From sequence record PZ154895.1: DNA of 64,000 nucleotides. One strand, 5' to 3'. The stretch is from a phage. The position numbers were made by a program, and so were the translations under genes. The notes below the pieces were generated by a model. It saw only the letters and a program-made list of their open reading frames with translations. It did no database searches and was not told the origin of the DNA. Below, piece after piece: positions 1 through 11,373 of the stretch. Positions within the stretch are counted from its first letter, which is position 1. The number at the start of each line of letters is the position of its first letter.

Positions 1-206
1 AAAAAGAAGCTATTATTTGCAGTATATCCTAAGTTAATCCATCTGTATTGATTACTCGGGAGATTTTCCCCCGAGTTTGTTTTTGTCTCAGCGATTTCTA
101 CAAAATAGTAGAAATTAGCACCAACGTCATCCCAGCGTACTTGCACCTGATTTGCGGATAACTTGGAAATTCTGAGACTAGTGACTGAAGGTGCTTTTAC
201 TGTCAT
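1..206 (-). CDS. 7: baseplate wedge protein gp7, N-terminal fragment (continues beyond window start)
   Basis: ATG at 206-204 overlaps gp6 stop (ATGA); reverse translation begins MTVKAPSVT; synteny 5-5.4-6-7. Confidence 0.7.
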   Translation of the reverse strand, partial: MTVKAPSVTSLRISKLSANQVQVRWDDVGANFYYFVEIAETKTNSGENLPSNQYRWINLGYTANNSFF

Positions 207-2185
207 TGTGATATAGGCTCCAAATCGATAGTTAAGTATTGTGGACGTAAGTCATTTTCAAATACAATCAATGAACCATCGCGAGTAAAGATAACATCAT
301 CGGTTGGGTCAGAATATAATTCAATAGTCTGAACTTCAAATTTTTCAGATGTTAAATTAATTTTAGCGATATTCCAGTAAATCACATCAGCTGGATAATT
401 TATTTCACCGATAACATAGTATTTGTCGCGTCCATCAGAATTTGCTAATTTATTAAAATCGTTGCCTGTATATGGCTGAATGTTTTCATTTTCTGTAACA
501 TCGCCAGAAGCAAATGGACCAATAATAACTTTACCAATTCCTTTAGAATCTCGGTCTGTTGATACTATACGAACGTCATATAATACATCTTCTTCTAAAC
601 CAGTATCAGGATTTACAACCTTTCGTCCGGAATTAAATGAAAACGTATTAGATTCCATAGAACGATCTTTTATTTGATTATTGTATTTAATACCCGCTTC
701 AGGCGTTTTATAGAAGTTTTGTACTTCACGTACTATTTGAATTGTCGCCGATGAGCCAATGATAGAATGATCTGCATCATCTACATATGTCAACATCTTA
801 GATTTAGCGAAAGATGAGTTAAAAATTTCTACATCTTCGGTATAATAACGATCAATTTTATCAATTATTTGACCTTCGAGCCACTGCTCAGATTCTTGCA
901 GCTTATTTAAAGCATATGTGACTTTTAAATTAGTCTTAATAAAAAGATAATTAGGAGAAATAATTGATGGCGTAATAGGAGCTAAATTATAGTCTTTGAG
1001 ATAATTTTTAATATCTTCGCGTTGTACAGTAGTTAAATACAGCCCTGATTTAGGTTTAGCAGCAATAAATGCATAACCAGGTTTAGTAGAATCAGTAAAA
1101 GTCTGAACTGCCTGAATAATAGAACCAAATCTCTCTGAAACGAATGTATCATAGTCAGTCGCAGTTACGCATCGTTGCTGGGTTTCACGTTTAATAGTAC
1201 CCAATTCGCGAATACGCTCAATATCTTCTGGATCACCGCCGCCATCTGCCCCAACAAAATCTGGGTCATCGTTTGGATTTTCATTAATATTGATGACAGT
1301 TATATTTGTTAATGTATCTGCGTATGAAAATCCGACTGCGCCATTCGCATCCGCGCCGTTAGTACTGATGTACTCAATAACAATCGTAGAGTTTTGGGTA
1401 GGCTTAAGACCTCCAATATAATTAGCAGTCAATGCTCCTTCTGCCGCGTTAACAGAAATCTCACCTTCACCAAAATAAAATTCAGTATTTCCATCAATAG
1501 TTTCACGCATGTAGTAAATTGTTGATGTAGAACCAGCATGAACCATTGACTTTCTTGTCCAGTTAATCCATTCTGCTCCATCAACATACAGCTTAACTTG
1601 GTTTCTATCTATATTTTTGTCATAAATGATAATAGGTGTTAATTTATCATAAACGATTTCAGTTCTTACTATACGTCCCTGGGCCAATTTTAAACGTGGA
1701 AAATATTGGTTATTTTTATCACGAATAGCAATAACATCTTCGGTAGAGACAAAGTTATAAGGATTAACAGAAGTATCCTTTGCATATGCTAAAAAGCGAG
1801 TACCACGAGGAATAGTAATGTAATTTCTATTCAATGCGTCTGTACAAGTTAGCATAATTTCAGTTTGAGCAGCTGATTTTGAAGTAGGTAAATATCCATT
1901 ATCTTGTGCAGCTTGAACTACTGAACTACGTAAGTTAGCAGTACGCATAAAGCTTTCATACACGGCAGCATTACCAAACTGCTGAATGTATAATGTGTTA
2001 TAAGCCAAAAGGTCGCACAGAACGTTTAATCTTGAGCCTTCAAAATCATAATCCAAAAATTCGTTTTGACCATTAAGCCATTCAATGAGGTTTTGTTTTA
2101 TTTCAGCAAATGTACCCCCGACGAATATCTCGGGAATAGCATTTGCTGTTCTTGTTAATTGATAATTTACAGGGGTATTTGCCAT
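203..2185 (-). CDS. 6: baseplate wedge protein gp6
   Basis: 660 aa ORF, same length as T4 gp6, position between 5.4 and 7. Confidence 0.9.
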   Translation of the reverse strand: MANTPVNYQLTRTANAIPEIFVGGTFAEIKQNLIEWLNGQNEFLDYDFEGSRLNVLCDLLAYNTLYIQQFGNAAVYESFMRTANLRSSVVQAAQDNGYLPTSKSAAQTEIMLTCTDALNRNYITIPRGTRFLAYAKDTSVNPYNFVSTEDVIAIRDKNNQYFPRLKLAQGRIVRTEIVYDKLTPIIIYDKNIDRNQVKLYVDGAEWINWTRKSMVHAGSTSTIYYMRETIDGNTEFYFGEGEISVNAAEGALTANYIGGLKPTQNSTIVIEYISTNGADANGAVGFSYADTLTNITVININENPNDDPDFVGADGGGDPEDIERIRELGTIKRETQQRCVTATDYDTFVSERFGSIIQAVQTFTDSTKPGYAFIAAKPKSGLYLTTVQREDIKNYLKDYNLAPITPSIISPNYLFIKTNLKVTYALNKLQESEQWLEGQIIDKIDRYYTEDVEIFNSSFAKSKMLTYVDDADHSIIGSSATIQIVREVQNFYKTPEAGIKYNNQIKDRSMESNTFSFNSGRKVVNPDTGLEEDVLYDVRIVSTDRDSKGIGKVIIGPFASGDVTENENIQPYTGNDFNKLANSDGRDKYYVIGEINYPADVIYWNIAKINLTSEKFEVQTIELYSDPTDDVIFTRDGSLIVFENDLRPQYLTIDLEPISQ

Positions 2186-2193
2186 TTTAAATC

Positions 2194-2487
2194 CTATTTA
2201 ATGAATACTTTAGATGATGCCTGAGCCACAGTATCACCGCATGATATTGGATCAGCCATTTGAACAGCTTTCTTTCCAGTGACATATACCTTAGAAGTTC
2301 TAGGTTGTGTCACTCCGCCATGTGTTTCATATGGCTTTTTAATTTCTGTATGTTCTGTAATTGGATCACCTGCTACGAGAACAGCAATTCCTCCGGTGAA
2401 TACTTTACTTTGTGTGGCATTCACAACTGTTGGAGGCCACGCTTCATGGCCAGCAGTAACACACTTATCATAACTTAATCCTGACAT
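2194..2487 (-). CDS. 5.4: baseplate spike tip protein gp5.4 (PAAR-like)
   Basis: 97 aa ORF immediately downstream of gene 5 cluster, same length and position as T4 gp5.4. Confidence 0.8.
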
Positions 2488-3045
2488 TTATGGCCTCTCA
2501 TACACATAGCTTCTCAATTTATTAGCCCAACGACTCCAATTTCCAACTATAGTTTTTGTATAATTTTTAACAAGAGTTTTTCTTATTGGAGCAGGAGGAT
2601 CAGTTGGTTCAGTAGTATCAGAAGATGACCTAGAATTACTGCCAGAACCTCCAGATTCACTTTGTTCTTGGTAGTCATATATTAATGTTACTTCGTAAGT
2701 GAATGTCTTCTGGAGGTTTTGAGGAGCTTTCCATAGATATAACTGAGTATTAGAATCAGTTGGAAGGTCTTCCCATGAAGCAGCAGTTTTAAATTCATTA
2801 TCTAAACGATATTTCAATGCGTCATTTCCAAATCCAAACACAGATTCATACGTTCCATATAAACGATTTTTTTCTACTAAAACCCCAGGAGTTTCTTCGT
2901 AACTAGTTATATTTATAGATACTAACGTTTCACCCGTTTCTAATTGAGCGGTAAAGGTGACGTCGATAGAAGAACCTTCCATGGATTCTCCTAAATCAGC
3001 GCTCATTGGAAGTATATTAGCCAATGTCAATCCTCGATCCATCAA
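2488..3045 (-). CDS. 5.1: gp5.1-like protein; start uncertain (internal ATG at 3006 would avoid overlap with gene 5)
   Basis: 185 aa ORF between gene 5 and 5.4; acidic Ser/Gly-rich C-terminal region. Confidence 0.55.
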
Positions 3046-4744
3046 TTGTGTATTGACCAGATGAAATAGAACTCATAGATGCCATTTTTTCTGTCCAATC
3101 ACCACCAACGTCCCAATCAACTGTCCCAGCAACTTTCCAAGAAAGATTTCCATTTACTGTATTAGTTTGATTTCCTTCAACTAAAGTGGTAGCATCCCCT
3201 TTAACTGTAATGTCAGCATTACCTTCAACTACAATAGTAACATTACCTTTGACTAGGATAGTTCCATTACCTTCAACTGTCTTAGTTTCATCGCCACGCA
3301 CAAATATTGTATTGCTTCCATCTATTTGGTGAAGACGATTATCCATGTTGTAATAAATTTCTGATCCACCGACGTTAGTCTTTTTATCGCCGGCTACTAA
3401 AAAATTACCGTCAGCATTTGTTATATCATACAAATTATCAACAGTTTTTCTTGTTCTTCTTCCTGATGGTGATACTTCCTCATACGTTCCAGTCGGATGA
3501 ACTAATCTGTATCGTTCTTGCCCAGGGGTATCATCAAATTCCTGAATATGACCGCTTTCAGTTTCCATTGTGTGAACATACGGATATTCACCTTTATATG
3601 AAGAAACAGGTTCTTTGAATAAAATTCTCGAATCATTCGGAATAGGAGGGTCAGCCGGGTCAGAAGACTTTGCTACAGTAGCAGCCATTGCTGACAAAGA
3701 CCTAGCTGGCGTTTTCACTTCAATACCGTATGATTCCAAATTCCCTGTAAGAATAATCATGGTAACACGGGATGCACGGCCTTTTGTTTGTTGATACCAC
3801 AATGAATCGCGTCCGGCTTTATATGCTTTTTCCCAATCTCCGGCTAACATAGCAGTTAACATTGTGTTAAATTTAGCTACACCGCCAACGCCCATTTGAA
3901 ATGCCATATTTTCTAACGCCATTTGACGAGAACGATTAACTGCCTGCCAAACTGGGCCAACTTTAGAATGTGATTTAATGTCACGTTGCATATCAGCCAA
4001 ATCACGTTCAAATAAAGCTACCGCTTCTTCCATTGTAATGGAACCTGGATTTCCGGTAATTTCACGACCAACTTGTTTTGATAAAACTTTATTAATTTGG
4101 GCCATATCACGAACTGGCTGCTTCATGATAAGATGACCAATACCAATTGTCGGATATCCTTCGGTATCCCAATAAACTTTTAGTCTTAATCCTTCATCAC
4201 GGCGAAGCATTTCAGCCATTGACATATTTGGATTATCATCAGTTGGAATCTCTGATAGTGGTCTATCATCGGGATTTATCGCAGTATCTAAATTGCTATC
4301 TTGGATAATATTAGAAGACGAATCATATCCTACTTCTCCGCCTTGGTTTAATACGTTAGTATCATTTCCTAGACGTCTAGGATACTGACCAGTTGGGTCA
4401 GAAAATCCTTCAAGTCTATTAGGTTTTTCGCGAACTATTCCGCCATACGTGCCAAGGACAATTCCGTTAGTTTTCCATTTGTCTAAAAAATGACCATAAA
4501 CTCTAGTTCCTTCTACCGGACCAGTAACGGAGCCTCCAATTCCAGACATTGCTGCAGAAGTTATAGGTTGAATAACTGACATCCATGGTAATTTATCAGT
4601 TGGAATACCCATTACGTCGCCTTGCGCTCTTTGAGGTGGATGCAGACCAACTACACGAACACGAACACGACCTAATTTTAATGGGTCCATTCTATCTTCA
4701 ACAACACCAACAAACCAATTAAGGTTATTACTTATCATTTCCAT
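3017..4744 (-). CDS. 5: baseplate hub/cell-puncturing protein gp5 with lysozyme domain
   Basis: 575 aa, same length as T4 gp5; internal T4-lysozyme-like motif GYPTIGIGHL; C-terminal VxGxxxxx beta-helix repeats. Confidence 0.95.
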   Translation of the reverse strand: MEMISNNLNWFVGVVEDRMDPLKLGRVRVRVVGLHPPQRAQGDVMGIPTDKLPWMSVIQPITSAAMSGIGGSVTGPVEGTRVYGHFLDKWKTNGIVLGTYGGIVREKPNRLEGFSDPTGQYPRRLGNDTNVLNQGGEVGYDSSSNIIQDSNLDTAINPDDRPLSEIPTDDNPNMSMAEMLRRDEGLRLKVYWDTEGYPTIGIGHLIMKQPVRDMAQINKVLSKQVGREITGNPGSITMEEAVALFERDLADMQRDIKSHSKVGPVWQAVNRSRQMALENMAFQMGVGGVAKFNTMLTAMLAGDWEKAYKAGRDSLWYQQTKGRASRVTMIILTGNLESYGIEVKTPARSLSAMAATVAKSSDPADPPIPNDSRILFKEPVSSYKGEYPYVHTMETESGHIQEFDDTPGQERYRLVHPTGTYEEVSPSGRRTRKTVDNLYDITNADGNFLVAGDKKTNVGGSEIYYNMDNRLHQIDGSNTIFVRGDETKTVEGNGTILVKGNVTIVVEGNADITVKGDATTLVEGNQTNTVNGNLSWKVAGTVDWDVGGDWTEKMASMSSISSGQYTIDGSRIDIG

Positions 4745-5318
4745 AAGATTTCTCCATTATACGTATAAGGTCGTTCATAAATGAATTGATGTCTGATTTT
4801 GCTATTATTTTTATTTGACGAAGTTTTTCATTTTCAAGAACAGCAGCTTCATACGTATCGACCGCGGCAAGTGCTCCTTCATATTGAGGATATTTTCTAG
4901 CTTTATCGCCTTTGTCATACCAAACATATGGATTATCATCGTATGATATTAAATTATAAAATTTTTCACCGTTTTCATTCACATGATATACTATTTGGTC
5001 TCCACCTACGTTTTTGTATTTTTGTATAGATGCTTGATAAGCAGCTTCCTGCGAAGTAATCCATCCATAATACGGATCATAATTATCATTACACATCAAT
5101 AAAACCCAATACAACTGCGGATTTCCATATATAGTATTTGCTAATTCTTCCGGGCGTGGTGAACCTTTAATATAATAAGTGCGTAAGCGGTATCCCGCAA
5201 GAGCACGTTTGAAATAGTCTTTATAGTTTCTAAAAATATCTGTCATAGGAATAGTCGGCGCGTTTTTATTCACCGTTTTGGCCGCATATTCAATCGGATC
5301 AAAAAATGTAAAGAGCAT
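4728..5318 (-). CDS. 53: baseplate wedge protein gp53
   Basis: 196 aa ORF upstream of gene 5, same length as T4 gp53; TATAAATA late promoter on minus strand upstream. Confidence 0.85.
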   Translation of the reverse strand: MLFTFFDPIEYAAKTVNKNAPTIPMTDIFRNYKDYFKRALAGYRLRTYYIKGSPRPEELANTIYGNPQLYWVLLMCNDNYDPYYGWITSQEAAYQASIQKYKNVGGDQIVYHVNENGEKFYNLISYDDNPYVWYDKGDKARKYPQYEGALAAVDTYEAAVLENEKLRQIKIIAKSDINSFMNDLIRIMEKSYGNDK

Positions 5319-5331
5319 GGGCCCTCCTGTT

Positions 5332-5339
5332 TATAAATA
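5332..5339 (+). promoter_or_regulatory. T4-type late promoter TATAAATA for gene 4
   Basis: exact TATAAATA 27 nt upstream of gene 4 ATG. Confidence 0.6.
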
Positions 5340-5346
5340 TATTATC

Positions 5347-5354
5347 TATTTATA
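5347..5354 (-). promoter_or_regulatory. T4-type late promoter TATAAATA (minus strand) for gene 53
   Basis: reverse complement reads TATAAATA about 30 nt upstream of gene 53 start. Confidence 0.55.
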
Positions 5355-5365
5355 AGGAGAATCCA

Positions 5366-5818
5366 ATGGCATATTCTGGAAAATGGGTTCCTAAAAATAT
5401 ATCAAAATATAGAGGTGACCCTAAAAAAATTACGTATAGATCAAATTGGGAAAAATTCTTTTTTGAATGGTTAGATAAAAATCCAGAAATTATTGCATGG
5501 GGTAGTGAAACAGCAGTAATTCCTTATTTTTGTAATGCAGAAGGGAAAAAACGTAGATACTTCATGGATATTTGGATGAAAGATTCTTCTGGACAAGAAT
5601 TTTTTATTGAAATAAAACCTAAAAAAGAAACACAACCACCAGTTAAACCAGCACATCTAACAACTGCAGCGAAGAAAAGATTTATGAATGAAATTTATAC
5701 ATATTCCGTTAATACTGACAAATGGAAAGCAGCACAAGCTTTAGCTGAAAAGCGTGGAATAAAATTTAGAATTCTAACAGAAGATGGATTACGAGCTCTT
5801 GGCTTTAAGGGGGCATAA
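5366..5818 (+). CDS. 4: head completion protein gp4
   Basis: 150 aa, synteny 53/4/2/3/1; late promoter TATAAATA upstream. Confidence 0.85.
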   Translation: MAYSGKWVPKNISKYRGDPKKITYRSNWEKFFFEWLDKNPEIIAWGSETAVIPYFCNAEGKKRRYFMDIWMKDSSGQEFFIEIKPKKETQPPVKPAHLTTAAKKRFMNEIYTYSVNTDKWKAAQALAEKRGIKFRILTEDGLRALGFKGA

Positions 5819-6642
5819 TGGCTATTTTTCAAATAATTAATGAAAGCACTCCCCAAGTTCCAAAGGTTAAGCAATCATTAAACGAAAAGAAATGGATTCA
5901 GATAGGTCTTGAATACAAAAAGGCCAAAGCAAAAGGAATGACAGGAAAGCAATTTGCTGAAGAAAGAGGAATCAAATACTCTACGTTTACTTCAGCAATG
6001 TCAAAATATGCTTCAGGAATTAAAACAGCTGAAAAGATTCAAAAGCTTGAATCAAAACCAATGAATAAACTCAATAAGCAAGAAAGACAACTGCTTATGA
6101 TAAATTCATTCAGGCAAACATTGCGTGATAAAATTCGTAATGAAGGTGCAGCAATTAATAATAAAACTAGAAAGTGGTTTGCTGAAACTATTAAGCAAGT
6201 AAAAGGACATAAAGTTGTTCGCCCGCAGCCGGGACGAATATATGCTTTTGCTTATGATGCTAAACACAAAGAAACTCTTCCTTACTGGGATAAATTTCCT
6301 TTGATAATTTATCTTGGTTTAGGTAAACATAATTTAATGTACGGATTGAACTTGCACTATATTCCACCTAAAGCTCGTCAGCAATTTCTAGAAGAGCTTT
6401 TAAAGCAATATTCAAATACACCTACTATTACTAATAAAACGAAATTAAAAATTGATTGGAGTCAAGTGAAAGGATTTAGGGGTGCAGACCAAATGATTAA
6501 GGCATATATACCCGGTAATATTATGGGTAGCCTTGTTGAAATCGCCCCGAAAGACTGGGCGAACGTTGTGTTAATGCCACTTCAGCAGTTCGTTTCAAAA
6601 GGAAAACGTTTCTCTGCAAACAAAGTCTGGTCAAATATCTAA
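5818..6642 (+). CDS. 2: DNA end protector protein gp2
   Basis: 274 aa, start overlaps gp4 stop, synteny with T4. Confidence 0.85.
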   Translation: MAIFQIINESTPQVPKVKQSLNEKKWIQIGLEYKKAKAKGMTGKQFAEERGIKYSTFTSAMSKYASGIKTAEKIQKLESKPMNKLNKQERQLLMINSFRQTLRDKIRNEGAAINNKTRKWFAETIKQVKGHKVVRPQPGRIYAFAYDAKHKETLPYWDKFPLIIYLGLGKHNLMYGLNLHYIPPKARQQFLEELLKQYSNTPTITNKTKLKIDWSQVKGFRGADQMIKAYIPGNIMGSLVEIAPKDWANVVLMPLQQFVSKGKRFSANKVWSNI

Positions 6643-6748
6643 TTCTATTATCTTCCATTCTTTTCTATTGTTTGTTCTAATTGGAATTGAATGGAAGGGA
6701 CTTAGACCCATTATACCACCAACATTTATAAAGCATTATGAGGAATAT

Positions 6749-7279
6749 ATGTCGCAAGCACTGCAACAAATTTTTAACCAAGCAAATACAACTAACTTTG
6801 TAGTATCAATACCACATAGTAATACTACATCTGCTTTTACTTTAAATGCTCAGTCAGTTCCTATTCCGGGAATTAGAATACCTGTTACTGATACCGTGAC
6901 TGGGCCGTTTGGACTAGGCCGAGCACAACGTCCAGGAGTTACATTTGAATACGATCCACTCATCGTGAGATTTATAGTTGATGAAGAGCTTAAGTCGTGG
7001 ATAGGAATGTATGAATGGATGCTAGGAACTAGTAACTATCTTACAGGTGAAAATACTGCCCAAAAAACAGGTCCTGAATACATTACGCTTTACATTTTAG
7101 ATAACAGTAAAACTGAAATCGTGATGTCAATAAATTTTTATAAGCCTTGGGTTTCTGACCTGTCTGAAGTAGAATTTAGCTACACGGAAGATTCAGACCC
7201 AGCTTTAGTATGTACAGCAACGATTCCTTATACGTATTTTCAAGTAGAAAAAGATGGTAAAATTATAGCAGAAGTTTAA
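6749..7279 (+). CDS. 3: tail completion/sheath stabiliser gp3
   Basis: 176 aa from ATG 6749 with SD GAGGA; ORF-track start 6668 is an upstream extension. Confidence 0.8.
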   Translation: MSQALQQIFNQANTTNFVVSIPHSNTTSAFTLNAQSVPIPGIRIPVTDTVTGPFGLGRAQRPGVTFEYDPLIVRFIVDEELKSWIGMYEWMLGTSNYLTGENTAQKTGPEYITLYILDNSKTEIVMSINFYKPWVSDLSEVEFSYTEDSDPALVCTATIPYTYFQVEKDGKIIAEV

Positions 7280-7328
7280 TGCTTCAGTTTCATGTGTTAT
7301 AATCTTAACTAAATTTGAGGAGAAACAT

Positions 7329-8053
7329 ATGAAACTAATCTTTTTAAGTGGTGTAAAGCGTAGTGGAAAAGATACTACTGCAGATTTTATCATGAATAAT
7401 TATTCTGCAGTTAAATATCAACTTGCTGGTCCTATTAAAGATGCATTGGCTTATGCATGGGCTGTATTTGCAGCAAACACTGACTATCCTTGCTTAACTC
7501 GTAAAGAGTTTGAAGGAATTGACTATGATCGTGAGACTAATTTGAATTTGACTAAATTAGAAGTAATTACGATTATGGAACAAGCATTTTGCTATCTTAA
7601 TAGTAAAAGCCCAATTAAAGGCGTGTTTGTTTTTGATGACGAAGGAAAAGAATCAGTTACTTTCGTAGCATTTAACAAGATTGCTGACGTTATAAATAAT
7701 ATTGAAGATCAATGGTCAATCCGTCGTCTGATGCAAGCCCTAGGTACGGATTTGATTGTTAATAACTTCGACCGCATGTATTGGGTAAAATTATTTGCTT
7801 TAGATTATCTTGATAAATTTAACTCAGGTTATGATTATTATATCGTTCCTGATACTCGTCAAGATCATGAAATGGATGCGGCTAGGGCGATGGGTGCTAC
7901 AGTAATTCATGTAGTTCGTCCTGGTCAAAAATCCAATGATACTCATATTACAGAAGCTGGATTGCCAATTCATGATGGCGATTTAGTAATTACAAACGAC
8001 GGTTCTCTTGAAGAACTTTTTTCTAAAATTAAAAATACACTAAAGGTACTATA

Positions 8054-8054
<1 letters not shown>
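7329..8054 (+). CDS. 1: deoxynucleoside monophosphate kinase gp1
   Basis: 241 aa, P-loop-like GVKRSGKDT near N-terminus, synteny. Confidence 0.9.
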
Positions 8055-8751
<697 letters not shown>

Positions 8752-8763
8752 TTTCACAAAGTT

Positions 8764-8803
8764 GTTTACATGCTGATGAGGTAGTGATACTATTACCTCA
8801 TCA
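8764..8803 (+). promoter_or_regulatory. early promoter with stem-loop (PeSL-like): GTTTACA-N17-TACTAT inside 10-bp inverted repeat
   Basis: -35 8764-8770, -10 8788-8793; inverted repeat tgatgaggta (8774-8783) / tacctcatca (8794-8803). Confidence 0.6.
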
Positions 8804-8823
8804 AAATTAATTAGGAAAATAAA

Positions 8824-9081
8824 ATGAAAACTTTCAAAGAGTTTGCTACAAAAACTACTATCACTGAATCTTCACACGGTATGGAAGTAAAGCTTGGAAT
8901 GGCTTTAGCTGAAGCTGAGCGTCTTTTATCTCGTATTAAAGAACTTGCTGCTGCAGTCGATCCTTCATCTTTTAAAGGAGACCAAACTAAAGTTAAAGCA
9001 CTTTTAGCATTATGCTCCGATGCAGGAGAAATTGCTAAAAATGGTTCTAAGATGAAGAAACGATTAGAAGATTTAAAATAA
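8824..9081 (+). CDS. internal protein-like (N-terminal capsid targeting sequence MKTFKEF..ITE)
   Basis: 85 aa; CTS-like N-terminus; paralogous to ORF 17106-17387; early promoter upstream. Confidence 0.55.
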   Translation: MKTFKEFATKTTITESSHGMEVKLGMALAEAERLLSRIKELAAAVDPSSFKGDQTKVKALLALCSDAGEIAKNGSKMKKRLEDLK

Positions 9082-9093
9082 TTTCACAAAGTT

Positions 9094-9129
9094 GTTTACA
9101 GAAGGGTAGTAGTGTGATACTATTACCCT
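9094..9129 (+). promoter_or_regulatory. early promoter (PeSL-like), second copy of the same cassette
   Basis: identical 31 nt to 8740-8770 including -35; -10 gatactat; inverted repeat agggta/taccct. Confidence 0.6.
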
Positions 9130-9151
9130 ATCAACTACCGAGGAGAATAAA

Positions 9152-9337
9152 ATGAAACGTTGTGAATTAATTCGAAATGTTGCTATTGCAATTTCTGCTT
9201 CTGCATTTAGCTTTTCAATGTTTGTTGGATTTATATGTGGATTATTAACTACAGCAGAAAATGTGTTTTCACTTGTAGTAGCATTTTTAATTGGTTTAAT
9301 TGCTATCGTTATGGATAAAATTTCTAAAGGTGAATAA
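9152..9337 (+). CDS. small membrane protein
   Basis: 61 aa, two hydrophobic segments, SD GAGGAG upstream. Confidence 0.45.
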   Translation: MKRCELIRNVAIAISASAFSFSMFVGFICGLLTTAENVFSLVVAFLIGLIAIVMDKISKGE

Positions 9338-9738
9338 TGAACGTTGAATACTATGTATATGCGGATTACGAAAATAATCCATCTAAAGATGAAGATAATC
9401 GTTTAGGTGTAGATGCTTTCGATTCCCCTGCAGCGGCATGGCAATGGGTTGAAAGAACCGATATTCCTTACCGTTATATTGAAGTGGTTGACCACGCAGG
9501 AAACAAGTATCCTAAGGAAGCATATGTTCCTTCCGGGAAGGTAAATTTCCTTTTGTTTGCAGGTGATAATTATTATCCACGTGGTGGGTATACTGATTTA
9601 ATTGCGAAAGCCTCCACTGAAGATGAACTTCGTGACATTATCAAAGAAAATGAAAACAAACCGATGTGTGGTTCTAATCGCTTTGATTGGTGGCAAATTG
9701 TAAATGCCAATACGCACACTATTGTTGATGAAGGTTGA
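9337..9738 (+). CDS. hypothetical protein
   Basis: 133 aa ORF, start overlaps upstream stop. Confidence 0.5.
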   Translation: MNVEYYVYADYENNPSKDEDNRLGVDAFDSPAAAWQWVERTDIPYRYIEVVDHAGNKYPKEAYVPSGKVNFLLFAGDNYYPRGGYTDLIAKASTEDELRDIIKENENKPMCGSNRFDWWQIVNANTHTIVDEG

Positions 9739-10028
9739 TAATGATTCTTTATGCGAAAGTATCATCCATTGAAAATGGATATAAATATGATCAAGAAGCA
9801 GCTAAAGCCTTGATTGATGATTATGGCATTTTAACATATTTTGAAGTTGAAAAGGTTTACATTGACCGTTCATCTTCTCAAGTTAAATTAGTGAAGGAAG
9901 ATCGTAAATTTAATACAGTAAATTTTGATTTCTTTATTGAAACAGAAAAAGGTCCTCTTGAATATGATATTTTCAAGAATCCTTTGGGTCTTGAATGCAT
10001 CGTAAATATGTATTATCATAAATGGTAA
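9735..10028 (+). CDS. hypothetical protein
   Basis: 97 aa ORF, ATGA overlap with upstream gene. Confidence 0.5.
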   Translation: MIMILYAKVSSIENGYKYDQEAAKALIDDYGILTYFEVEKVYIDRSSSQVKLVKEDRKFNTVNFDFFIETEKGPLEYDIFKNPLGLECIVNMYYHKW

Positions 10029-10125
10029 ATATGCTTTAAGAATTATTTGTTATTATTAACTCATATCGCACTGATTAATACCCTCTATCATCAAGGGTTC
10101 TTGCTTAAGAGCCTTTGTTAATAAT

Positions 10126-10198
10126 TGGGAATTAGCCAAGTTGGTAAGGCACTGGATTTTGATTCCAGGATGCAAAGGTTCGAGTCCTTTATTCCCAG
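10126..10198 (+). tRNA. tRNA-Gln (anticodon UUG)
   Basis: 7 bp acceptor tgggaat/attccca, anticodon stem ctgga/tccag, loop ttTTGat, T-arm GGTTCGAGTCC. Confidence 0.85.
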
Positions 10199-10199
10199 C

Positions 10200-10286
10200 G
10201 CGAGAATGGTCAAATTGGTAAAGGCACAGCACTTAAAATGCTGCGGAATGATTTCCTTGTGGGTTCGAGTCCCACTTCTCGCACCA
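10200..10286 (+). tRNA. tRNA-Leu (anticodon UAA), long variable arm, encoded CCA
   Basis: acceptor gcgagaa/ttctcgc, anticodon stem cagca/tgctg, loop ctTAAaa, T-arm GGTTCGAGTCC. Confidence 0.85.
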
Positions 10287-10291
10287 AATTT

Positions 10292-10365
<74 letters not shown>

Positions 10366-10369
10366 ATTT

Positions 10370-11020
10370 ATGACTCGTCGTGAGACGCTCAGTTCTTTAT
10401 TAGGGACTGATATGCATTTTTATCTTTATAAAATAACAAATAAAATTAATAATAAAATTTATATTGGTGTGCATTCTACCGAAAATTTAGATGATGGATA
10501 TATGGGTTCTGGTAAATTATTAAAAAGAGCCCAAGACAAGTATGGTATAGAAAATTTTTCTAAAGAAATATTAGAGTATTTTGATGATAAAGAATCTATG
10601 CTTGAAGCCGAGAAAAATATTGTTACAGAAGAGTTTTTAAATAGACCAGATGTGTATAATTTAAAACTTGGCGGTGAAGGTGGATGGGACCACATAAATA
10701 ATTATCCTATGACAGATCAGCAACGCGAATTAATTTCATTGGGTGTTAAAAAGGCACATTCTAACGGAAAATTAAAAGGATGGTCTTCAAATGGATTAAT
10801 GAAGAATGGCTTTGCTGGTAAAACTCATTCTCAAGAAGCTAAACGTAAAATAGCAAAAGCAAACGAAGCAAAAGTTTCTGCGGATGAAAGAAAAAGAAGA
10901 ATAGAAATTTCTAAATTATATGATTTTTCTAAGCGTGGTGAATTATCTAAATATGCTAAGCATATTGGCGTAAGTCATACTCAAGCAAAAAGAATTCTAA
11001 ATCAAATTAACAATATATAA
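10370..11020 (+). CDS. segB: GIY-YIG homing endonuclease (SegB-like) inside the tRNA cluster
   Basis: 216 aa; GIY-YIG motif (FYLYKITN...KIYIGV); embedded between tRNA subclusters as T4 segB is. Confidence 0.8.
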   Translation: MTRRETLSSLLGTDMHFYLYKITNKINNKIYIGVHSTENLDDGYMGSGKLLKRAQDKYGIENFSKEILEYFDDKESMLEAEKNIVTEEFLNRPDVYNLKLGGEGGWDHINNYPMTDQQRELISLGVKKAHSNGKLKGWSSNGLMKNGFAGKTHSQEAKRKIAKANEAKVSADERKRRIEISKLYDFSKRGELSKYAKHIGVSHTQAKRILNQINNI

Positions 11021-11026
11021 ATATTT

Positions 11027-11116
11027 GGAGGCGTGGCAGAGTGGTTTAATGCACCGGTCTTGAAAACCGGCAGTCGCTCCGGCGACTCATAGGTTCAAAT
11101 CCTATCGCCTCCGCCA
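11027..11116 (+). tRNA. tRNA-Ser (anticodon UGA), long variable arm
   Basis: acceptor ggaggcg/cgcctcc, anticodon stem ccggt/accgg, loop ctTGAaa, T-arm GGTTCAAATCC, CCA encoded. Confidence 0.85.
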
Positions 11117-11121
11117 GTTTT

Positions 11122-11197
11122 GCTGATTTAGCTCAGTAGGTAGAGCAACTCACTTGTAATGAGAAGGTCGGCGGTTCGATCCCGTCAATCAGCACCA
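11122..11197 (+). tRNA. tRNA-Thr (anticodon UGU)
   Basis: acceptor gctgatt/aatcagc, D-arm AGCTCAGTAGGTAGAGC, loop ctTGTaa, T-arm GGTTCGATCC. Confidence 0.85.
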
Positions 11198-11198
11198 A

Positions 11199-11273
11199 GG
11201 CCCTGTAGCTGGAAGGTTCAAGCAAGCGACTCATAATCGCCAGATGGTGGTTCAATTCCACCCAGGGCCACCA
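11199..11273 (+). tRNA. tRNA with CAU anticodon (Ile-lysidine type or Met)
   Basis: acceptor ggccctg/cagggcc, loop ctCATaa, T-arm ggtgg-ttcaatt-ccacc. Confidence 0.75.
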
Positions 11274-11282
11274 AATTAATTT

Positions 11283-11369
11283 GGGGAGTTATCCCGTAGA
11301 GGTAGCGGTGTGGACTGTAAATTCATTGTCATTGCGACTCGGGTGGTTCGACTCCATCACTCCCCACCA
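11283..11369 (+). tRNA. tRNA with long variable arm, probable Tyr (anticodon GUA); D-arm non-canonical
   Basis: acceptor ggggagt/actcccc, loop CTGTAAA as in bacterial tRNA-Tyr, T-arm ggtgg-ttcgact-ccatc, CCA encoded. Confidence 0.55.
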
Positions 11370-11373
11370 ATTT

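Noticed and set aside
480-4744. Short ORFs nested or antisense within gp6 and gp5 (480-677, 2260-2478, 2279-2473, 3418-3618)
   Set aside because: They lie inside long conserved structural genes in other frames and are far shorter than the host gene; typical of AT-rich sequence.
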